DNA of 14,492 nt from Thermodesulfobacteriota bacterium. GTDB lineage: Bacteria; Desulfobacterota_D; UBA1144; Nemesobacterales; N074bin48. The stretch is from positions 1 to 14,492 of the forward strand of contig JBFFSH010000066.1 in the NCBI GenBank assembly GCA_041572575.1, written 5' to 3'. How positions within the stretch are numbered: the stretch's first letter is position 1; each line of letters opens with the position of its first letter. The notes beneath the pieces were generated by a model that was not told the DNA's origin, ran no database searches, and saw only the letters and a list, made by a program, of their open reading frames with translations. Made by a program: the position numbers and the translations under genes. Positions 8,229 to 14,492 of the stretch are shown in pieces.

Positions 8229-9527
8229 ATGCAGTTTAATATACTTACAATATTCCCGGAGATGTTTGAAGGCGTGTTATCCTCAGGCGTTATTGGGAGA
8301 GCTGCAGACTCGGGCTTGCTGAATATAAACACCTATAATATAAGAGACTACACCACAGATAAACACAGGATGGTGGATGACAGACCCTACGGCGGAGGCT
8401 CAGGGATGGTAATGAAGCCGGAGCCCATTGCAGCAGCTCTAAAAGACGTAACTAACTCGGACGATAAAAGCAAGGTAATCCTGCTAAGCCCCGGGGGTAA
8501 GACATTTAACAATGAAATAGCAAAGGATTTAGCCGACTATGAAACCCTCATATTCATATGCGGCAGGTACGAAGGGGTGGATGAAAGGATAAAGGAAAAA
8601 TACGTTGACATGGAGCTATCGATTGGCGACTATGTGCTTTCGGGCGGGGAGTATGCCGCCATGGCCATCATAGATTCGGTAGCAAGATACATCCCAGGAG
8701 TGCTTGGGAATGATCAGTCCACAGTGGATGAATCATTCAGCTCAGGCCTGCTTGAGTATCCACAGTACACAAGGCCAGAGGAATTTGAGGGTTCAAAAGT
8801 GCCTGAGGTACTGCTATCAGGGGATCATGGCAAGATTGGTGACTGGAGAAGACAAAAGAGTATAGAGAAGACTTTTGCCAGCAGACCAGACCTTATCGAC
8901 CGAAATATACTGGAATTAGACGATATAAATACTGTAGATAACCTTAAGAGAAAACTTGAAAAAAACAGTAATTTGTATATTGCATTAGTGCATTATCCCG
9001 TATACAATAAACGGCTTGATGTTGTAAAAACATCCTTTACCAACATCGATGTTCTTGATATGGCAAGAGCGGGAAGAACTTACGGGGTTAAAGGGTTTTA
9101 CCTTGTTCATCCTGTAGCAGAGCAGAGGGATCTGATCCGCACTGTGATGGAACACTGGACAAAGGGTAAGGGATATGAATACAACACGAGCAGAAAGGAA
9201 TCGCTGGAATATACGTATATTTCGGAGAGCCTTTCTGATACAATAGAAACGATTGAAAAATTAGAAGGCTCAAAGCCAAAAATTATAGTAACAGACGCAA
9301 GGTATAGTGATAAGATGACAGGGTATTTGGAAATGAGAGAGACAATCGAAAGTGATTCAAATCCGTTCCTTTTGCTTTTTGGAACAGGTTATGGACTCAT
9401 AAGAGAAATCATTGAGGGTTCTGATTATAATCTAAAGCCTGTTGTTGGAAGTGAAATATTTAATCATCTGTCAGTAAGGAGTGCCGCAAGCATAATCCTT
9501 GACAGACTTTGCAGTGTGAAAATATAA
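8229..9527 (+). CDS. trmD: tRNA (guanine37-N1) methyltransferase TrmD with a C-terminal SPOUT-type (DUF2168-like) domain
   Basis: VDDRPYGGGSGMV, CGRYEGVDER, SIGDYVLSGGE, EYPQYTRP; extra ~190 aa with LYIALVHYPV, LLFGTGYGL and NHLSVRSAASIILDRL. Confidence 0.96.
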   Translation: MQFNILTIFPEMFEGVLSSGVIGRAADSGLLNINTYNIRDYTTDKHRMVDDRPYGGGSGMVMKPEPIAAALKDVTNSDDKSKVILLSPGGKTFNNEIAKDLADYETLIFICGRYEGVDERIKEKYVDMELSIGDYVLSGGEYAAMAIIDSVARYIPGVLGNDQSTVDESFSSGLLEYPQYTRPEEFEGSKVPEVLLSGDHGKIGDWRRQKSIEKTFASRPDLIDRNILELDDINTVDNLKRKLEKNSNLYIALVHYPVYNKRLDVVKTSFTNIDVLDMARAGRTYGVKGFYLVHPVAEQRDLIRTVMEHWTKGKGYEYNTSRKESLEYTYISESLSDTIETIEKLEGSKPKIIVTDARYSDKMTGYLEMRETIESDSNPFLLLFGTGYGLIREIIEGSDYNLKPVVGSEIFNHLSVRSAASIILDRLCSVKI

Positions 9528-9542
9528 AAAGGAGTAAGTAAA

Positions 9543-9914
9543 GTGGGTATTGTAAGCGAAATTGAGAAGCCATTATTGAGAGAAAACGCCGAGGAGTTCA
9601 GACCCGGCGATACAGTTGCCGTACATTATAAGATTAAAGAGGGTGACAGAGAACGTATTCAGATTTTTGAAGGCGTTGTAATTGCCAAGAAAAATGGCGG
9701 CCTTAGAGAAACATTTACCGTAAGAAAAATTTCATACGGCATAGGAATCGAAAGGATCATCCCGCTTCATTCCCCGCTTATTGAAAAAATAGAGGTTAAG
9801 CGTCTTGGTAAAGTAAGAAGAGCAAAGCTCTACTACCTAAGAGGACTATCCAGAAAAGCCGCCAGAATTCCGGAGAGAACAAAACCGGATATGGTTAAGA
9901 AAAAGAAGGGGTAG
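9543..9914 (+). CDS. rplS: 50S ribosomal protein L19
   Basis: [33 protein letters not shown] start after AAGGAG. Confidence 0.98.
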   Translation: MGIVSEIEKPLLRENAEEFRPGDTVAVHYKIKEGDRERIQIFEGVVIAKKNGGLRETFTVRKISYGIGIERIIPLHSPLIEKIEVKRLGKVRRAKLYYLRGLSRKAARIPERTKPDMVKKKKG

Positions 9915-9934
9915 GATTACCCTCTCTTTCTTTT
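9902..9934. terminator. Hairpin overlapping the rplS stop, between convergent genes
   Basis: AAAGAAGGGGTA-ggat-TACCCTCTCTTT (one mismatch, one G-U) followed by CTTTT. Confidence 0.5.
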
Positions 9935-10166
9935 ATATACCAAACAACTTTCTTGCAGTAGGAGAATCAATTAATAAGTTTTCCCCCAGAATTTTAGCAA
10001 ATTCTTGGAAAGCTTTTTTATCTTCATCAAAAGATTTAGCCGGTAATTCATAACAAGTAAAAAGTTGTTTTTTCTTTGATTTTTTATAGATTCTAAAAAC
10101 ATAGATCTTTTTTTCGTCTTCTTTTATTTCAACCATATGATCATATTCAGGTAGTTTCTTTGTCAT
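9933..10166 (-). CDS. Hypothetical protein, 77 aa, Lys-rich
   Basis: Uninterrupted ORF in very AT-rich DNA with protein-like composition; no family recognised. Confidence 0.7.
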   Translation of the reverse strand: MTKKLPEYDHMVEIKEDEKKIYVFRIYKKSKKKQLFTCYELPAKSFDEDKKAFQEFAKILGENLLIDSPTARKLFGI

Positions 10167-10198
10167 TATTATTATTATAATCTTATTTTTTTACATCT

Positions 10199-10247
10199 GG
10201 TCATATATTTTTTGTTAGACCCTAAACCTTAGACCTTTTGACCTGAA
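10199..10247 (-). repeat. Dispersed intergenic repeat, copy 3 (partial, inverted)
   Basis: Reverse complement of 10216-10247 (TTCAGGTCAAAAGGTCTAAGGTTTAGGGTCTA) matches 4684-4715 at 27/32 positions without gaps, followed by 12 nt and TGACC. Confidence 0.85.
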
Positions 10248-10302
10248 CTTATAAAAAAGCAGCATCAGATTAGTAATATAGTATACACATTATTTCCAAT
10301 AT

Positions 10303-10331
10303 TTGACTCGCTATGTTCTATGGCATATCAT
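10303..10331 (+). promoter_or_regulatory. Sigma-70-type promoter of nrfHA
   Basis: TTGACT (10303-10308), 17 nt, TATCAT (10326-10331). Confidence 0.65.
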
Positions 10332-10407
10332 CCAGAGTGTATCGTGGTTGATTGAATTAAAAGCCTTATCAGCGTTATTAAAAAAGCGTGTTTGTGTAGA
10401 TCCTGTT

Positions 10408-10911
10408 ATGACTATGAAGAAAAGAGCAATAATCCTATCTATTGCTGTAGGGGCTTTGATCGGTCTTGGGAGTTATACTATGTATTACGGAGAAGGCCTT
10501 TCATATCTGAGTAAAGACCCAAGGTCTTGTGTTAACTGCCACATTATGCAGTCTCAGTATGATTCATGGCAAAAGGCAAGCCACCACACAGCGGCCACTT
10601 GCGTCCAGTGCCACCTGCCTCATGATTTTGTTAACAAATACATATCCAAAGCTGTAAACGGATATCATCATTCCAAAGCGTTTACACTTCAAAATTTCCA
10701 CGAACCTATAATGATAACCGAGAAAAATAGCATTATATTGCAGAACAACTGTATTGATTGTCATAGGGGTATAACAGAAAATCTTACCCACGGCAGTACT
10801 GCAACCCCCGATGCAATCAAATGTGTTAAGTGCCATAAAGCGGTCGGACACGGAGAAACTACGGGACTGGGCGGTCCCATAAAATCACATGAGACAGGAG
10901 GTATTAAATAA
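10408..10911 (+). CDS. nrfH: Cytochrome c nitrite reductase small subunit NrfH (NapC/NirT family tetraheme)
   Basis: Four CXXCH (CVNCH, CVQCH, CIDCH, CVKCH), SYLSKDP..C..CH.M motif and N-terminal TM anchor; start placed at ATG 10408 (or 10414) rather than TTG 10303. Confidence 0.93.
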   Translation: MTMKKRAIILSIAVGALIGLGSYTMYYGEGLSYLSKDPRSCVNCHIMQSQYDSWQKASHHTAATCVQCHLPHDFVNKYISKAVNGYHHSKAFTLQNFHEPIMITEKNSIILQNNCIDCHRGITENLTHGSTATPDAIKCVKCHKAVGHGETTGLGGPIKSHETGGIK

Positions 10912-12371
10912 TGAGCGGAGCATCAAAATTTGGATCTAAAACAGGAATCGCTGTTATAGTTGTGACAGTAGCGCTTTTGACTGCGGGTATTACAGCTTTA
11001 CTTCTGAACATTTTTGAGCGGAAAGTCGAAGCTAGAAATCCTTTTGTCCGGCTTGTTGAAGTTACTGAAACTGATACTGACCCTGAAAAGTGGAAAGTCA
11101 ACTGGCCCAAGCAGTACGATTCATATAAAAAGACCAGCGTGGCTACACGCACGCGTTTTGGCGGCCATGGAGGAAGCGAAGCGCTTCCCGAACAAAAAAT
11201 AGAAAGGGACCCGTGGCTAAAGCGAATGTTCAAGGGTTACGCTTTTTCCATCGACTACAGAGACCGCCGCGGACATGCTTATATGCTAGAAGATCAGGAG
11301 CAAACAGAACGCCAAACAAAACCCCAGTCCGGATCATGTCTGCATTGCCATGCTTCAATCATGCCGCTCTACGAAAAGCTTGGAAACGGCGATGTAATAA
11401 AAGGATTCGAGCAGACGTATAAATATTCGTATAAAGATCTCAATAAACAATTACATGACATGGGTCATGGCAACCCCGTATCCTGTGTTGATTGCCATTC
11501 ACCAAAAACCATGGAACTGCGTGTTACAAGACCGGGCTTTATTCAGGGTATACAGGCATTAGCTGAGTCGGATGCTCCCACGCCACACCTGCCTTCTATT
11601 GAGCAGTGGAGAAAGGGTTCAAAGAGTGAACCATACAATCCCAACACAGATGCGAGCAGGTCGGAAATGCGCTCATATGTATGCGGGCAGTGCCATGTGG
11701 AATATTACTGCGGCGCAGATATGAAACTTACATTCCCCTGGGGTAACGGACTTAAGGTGGAAGATCAGGAGAAATTCTGGGACGAAACGACTCTAAGTGA
11801 CGGAAGGAAATTCTTTGATTACACACATAAGGAAACGGGAGCAAAGATATTAAAGGCGCAGCACCCCGAGTTTGAGTTATGGAGCCAGGGAATTCATGCG
11901 CGAAGTGGAGTTGGGTGTGCCGATTGTCACATGCCCTATATGCGTGATGGCGCCACCAAAGTATCGGATCATTGGGTGAGAAGCCCTCTTCTAAATATTA
12001 ACCGAGCCTGCCAGACCTGTCATAGATTTTCCGAGCAGGAAATAAAAGAACGAGTAGACGGAATACAACAACGTAATTTTGATTTGCTGCAACGAGCCGG
12101 AGCATCGCTTATGGAACTGCTCGATGCTATCAACACAGCTAGGGCCGAAGGCGCAACAGATGTGCAGTTAAAAAAGGCGCTTGATATGCAGCGCAAAGCA
12201 CAGTGGCGGCTGGACTTCATAGCTGCCGAAAATTCAATGGGATTTCATGCTCCTCAAGAGGCTGCAAGAATTCTCGGTGAATCAATAGATTATGCTTGGC
12301 AGGGAACAGTGGCGGCAACGAAATGGAACAAAGTGAACGTGGCAAGCAATGTAGCAGATGAATCTAAATAG
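10911..12371 (+). CDS. nrfA: Ammonia-forming pentaheme cytochrome c nitrite reductase NrfA, CXXCH heme-1 variant
   Basis: Five heme motifs (CLHCH, CVDCH, CGQCH, CADCH, CQTCH), [36 protein letters not shown]; coupled to nrfH by TAATG overlap with AGGAGGT Shine-Dalgarno. Confidence 0.95.
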   Translation: MSGASKFGSKTGIAVIVVTVALLTAGITALLLNIFERKVEARNPFVRLVEVTETDTDPEKWKVNWPKQYDSYKKTSVATRTRFGGHGGSEALPEQKIERDPWLKRMFKGYAFSIDYRDRRGHAYMLEDQEQTERQTKPQSGSCLHCHASIMPLYEKLGNGDVIKGFEQTYKYSYKDLNKQLHDMGHGNPVSCVDCHSPKTMELRVTRPGFIQGIQALAESDAPTPHLPSIEQWRKGSKSEPYNPNTDASRSEMRSYVCGQCHVEYYCGADMKLTFPWGNGLKVEDQEKFWDETTLSDGRKFFDYTHKETGAKILKAQHPEFELWSQGIHARSGVGCADCHMPYMRDGATKVSDHWVRSPLLNINRACQTCHRFSEQEIKERVDGIQQRNFDLLQRAGASLMELLDAINTARAEGATDVQLKKALDMQRKAQWRLDFIAAENSMGFHAPQEAARILGESIDYAWQGTVAATKWNKVNVASNVADESK

Positions 12372-12376
12372 GCTTT

Positions 12377-12414
12377 AATAACATAGAATTAAGGACAGTC
12401 AATTTTATGTTATT
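12377..12414. terminator. AT-rich inverted repeat between convergent nrfA and the PNPOx-like gene
   Basis: AATAACATAGAATT-10 nt-AATTTTATGTTATT: 14-bp stem with one G-U pair. Confidence 0.45.
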
Positions 12415-12424
12415 TATATTCGAT

Positions 12425-12916
12425 CTAATCCACAACATTAAACCACTTATCAGGAGTTTCTCCTAAAATACCGCCGAAAAATTGCTTGTCGACTGTGCTG
12501 AATTCAAATGCCTTCCATGAATCCGGCGTAATGCAAATAGTAGCATCCCCTGATGCTTCAAATACGCCAGCAACTCTGGGATCGTCCATACCTTCTTTAG
12601 TTAGATAACGGCTTATGATCTTTGAGTTTATCTCTTTAGATTTTTCGCCTTTAATGATTTCTGCAGTTCCAACAGCACTCACCCATCGTTCATGACCCTG
12701 GTTTCTTCTGCTGTCTACCAATATGGTGGCTTCTGATCGATTGAGAAGATTCCTAGCCTTTCTCCCCGATGATCCTGTTGTTAAATAAAAGTTTCCATCT
12801 TTAAATAGATACCACACAGGAGTTTGATGAACCGAACCGTCATCATTTAATGTAGCCAGTGTGGCATAATGGCAGCCTGCTAAAAATTCTCTCATTGAAT
12901 CATTTAATTCTGACAT
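12425..12916 (-). CDS. Pyridoxamine 5'-phosphate oxidase-like (split beta-barrel, FMN/F420-binding) protein
   Basis: ATLATLNDDGSVHQTPVWY, RKARNL, V.AVGTAEI; AAGGGAG Shine-Dalgarno. Confidence 0.88.
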   Translation of the reverse strand: MSELNDSMREFLAGCHYATLATLNDDGSVHQTPVWYLFKDGNFYLTTGSSGRKARNLLNRSEATILVDSRRNQGHERWVSAVGTAEIIKGEKSKEINSKIISRYLTKEGMDDPRVAGVFEASGDATICITPDSWKAFEFSTVDKQFFGGILGETPDKWFNVVD

Positions 12917-13035
12917 ATTTATCTCCCTTATTACGAATAAGATTTCATTGATAATTCAACCCTAACACGCTTCTTTCCTTTTAGATACATCGCCATGGAA
13001 GTGGACTCATAAATGAGTAAAATAAGTATGGCCTG

Positions 13036-13374
13036 TTAAATCTCAGATTTCTTATGCTCATATATCATGTGCAGTTTTTCATTTGTGCTGCTAAATTCAA
13101 TACCCATTTTGCTATAGTTACCCGGAGGACTGTCTACCCAGGCAACCTTGCCATAAACAGTAATATTCTCCCAAGTTTCACTGCCATCTGTAATCGTGTG
13201 CTTAACACTTATATCAATTACTATGTCAGACCCTTGAGGTAAGTATGAATCTGATATAATACACATGCCACCCGGTGAAAGGTTTTCGGATTTACCTGAA
13301 CGTGCGGGTTTATTCACACCAAACATAACATCTTCACGTATTTCTACCCTAGGGTATGCTCTTCGTTCTTTAAT
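13036..13374 (-). CDS. Stand-alone PilZ domain (c-di-GMP binding) protein, probable ATT start
   Basis: NLSPGG (D/NxSxxG), GKVAW and MGIEF in the called ORF; in-frame upstream extension supplies ERRAYPR (RxxxR); GGGAGG at 13381-13386. Confidence 0.85.
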   Translation of the reverse strand: MKERRAYPRVEIREDVMFGVNKPARSGKSENLSPGGMCIISDSYLPQGSDIVIDISVKHTITDGSETWENITVYGKVAWVDSPPGNYSKMGIEFSSTNEKLHMIYEHKKSEI

Positions 13375-13527
13375 GATTATCCTCCCAGAATTAATCTTTT
13401 AAAGCACGTATTACTTGAATTAAACATAATTACGTAACTTCTAATAATATATAGTAATTTTAGTGTTTAGAAAATAGCTTTAAAGTAACTATCTTATGTG
13501 AATACAATGAATTAATAATATTGGTAA

Positions 13528-14130
13528 CTAAATTAATGATTTCATATCCATCAGAATAATATCAGAATCCATGGTTGTTCCTTTGTAATGTTTTCTGATA
13601 TTCCCGTTTTTATCTACTAAACTTATTCTGTCTCTATGAGAGATTATATAATTTAAATATGCATTTTCATTGTCGGCGTCATTTTGTTTAGATTCTCTTA
13701 CAGGGAATATCCCTGCGTTAGCAATTAATCTGTAAACGCTTCCGATATTTCCTGTTACAAAATACCAGTTTGATGTATCAAAATTCATATGATGGATATG
13801 TTTTCTTAATTTTTCAGGTGTATCATTTTGAGGATCAATAGAAATTGATACAAACACAACGTCATTGCTAATTGAATCTCTTGCTATATGTGATTTAAAT
13901 ACATTCATTTTTTTATTTATTATATGGCATATATCCGGACAATTTGTATATATGTAACTAACCAATAGAACTTTACCTTTGAGGTCAGAAAACAAGAACT
14001 CTTTTCCGGTATGATCTACAAGTGATATATCATTAGGAAAACTGCCTTTAACAGGTATTTCGTCTTTACAGGAGAGAGGCAATATCAACAATACCAAAAA
14101 CAATATTAAAATATAGTTGTTAACGTTCAT
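13528..14130 (-). CDS. SCO1/SenC family copper chaperone, probable lipoprotein
   Basis: YTNCPDIC (CxxxC), SISIDPQNDTPE, W.FVTG, ISH; signal peptide ending LPLSC; GGAGGT Shine-Dalgarno. Confidence 0.93.
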   Translation of the reverse strand: MNVNNYILILFLVLLILPLSCKDEIPVKGSFPNDISLVDHTGKEFLFSDLKGKVLLVSYIYTNCPDICHIINKKMNVFKSHIARDSISNDVVFVSISIDPQNDTPEKLRKHIHHMNFDTSNWYFVTGNIGSVYRLIANAGIFPVRESKQNDADNENAYLNYIISHRDRISLVDKNGNIRKHYKGTTMDSDIILMDMKSLI

Positions 14131-14184
14131 AGAAATTACCTCCGATAAAGATACTGCTTAACATATCTGGTTTAGTTTTAGAAG

Positions 14185-14201
14185 AGCAATATACATGCCA
14201 A
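14185..14201 (-). promoter_or_regulatory. Sigma-54 (-24/-12) promoter of the SCO gene
   Basis: Minus strand TTGGCATGTATATTGCT = GG-N10-GC, close to consensus TGGCAC-N5-TTGCW, 55 nt upstream of the start codon. Confidence 0.7.
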
Positions 14202-14388
14202 AATAACCAGCCTGCACATTTTTAAATTAACAGTTCTGATTATATATCAATTTTTAGTTAGCAAACGTGATTGCAATTGGTGTCGAATGTAGTTTGACTG
14301 GCACGACAGAGATAGCCGCTATTACGCTACATATGGGGGCAGTATAGGTATTAGATTAGGGCATTAGACGTTGTTAGGAGTAGTATAT

Positions 14389-14492
14389 ATGATAAAGAGC
14401 AATGATAAAGCGGTATTCATGGCAATTAACAGTGGGAAAAATATCACGAATTTTTTCACACGCAAAATATGGAAAAAACAAGACATGCAAGA
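14389..14492 (+). CDS. 5' end of an unknown gene running off the window (partial)
   Basis: AGGAG (14376-14380), 8 nt, ATG; open to the window end: MIKSNDKAVFMAINSGKNITNFFTRKIWKKQDMQ. Confidence 0.45.
   Translation, partial: MIKSNDKAVFMAINSGKNITNFFTRKIWKKQDMQ

Noticed and set aside
10348..10361. FNR box upstream of nrfH (TTGATTGAATTAAA)
   Set aside because: The right half-site does not match ATCAA at 4-nt spacing.
10303..10407. 35-aa N-terminal extension of NrfH in the ORF track
   Set aside because: The TTG is the -35 box of a well-spaced promoter; NrfH normally begins just before its TM helix (MTMKKR...).
510..13242. Shadow ORFs (510-734, 1191-1394, 1824-2021, 3590-3874, 3896-4171, 4008-4193, 4308-4490, 6561-6890, 7103-7378, 9088-9279, 10564-10851, 10904-11233, 11014-11202, 11213-11422, 12020-12220, 13054-13242)
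   Set aside because: All overlap well-supported genes on the opposite strand or in another frame and show no recognisable motifs.
14298..14316. CTGGCACG as a sigma-54 -24 box for the divergent gene
   Set aside because: No GC dinucleotide 10 nt after the GG.

Overview
AT-rich bacterial chromosomal segment; the TrmD fusion and Ffh style suggest a deltaproteobacteria/Desulfobacterota-like lineage (inference only). Housekeeping content: 3' end of groEL with its terminator, a minus-strand tsaC-DUF1015-lemA run, a CDP-alcohol phosphatidyltransferase, and the conserved ffh-rpsP-khpA-rimM-trmD-rplS cluster. Accessory genes: msrA, a DUF2892 membrane protein, a frameshifted exported protein made of two repeats, a small hypothetical, an nrfHA pair, a PNPOx-like protein, a PilZ protein and an SCO protein. 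Most notable observations: (1) a dispersed intergenic element in three copies, built from iterated GGTC units and an invariant GGGTCTA-N12-TGACC core with a different 12-nt spacer in each copy; two copies bracket one gene as direct repeats; (2) NrfA with CXXCH rather than CXXCK at heme 1; (3) a PilZ gene that appears to need an ATT start codon; (4) a near-consensus sigma-54 promoter ahead of the SCO gene.
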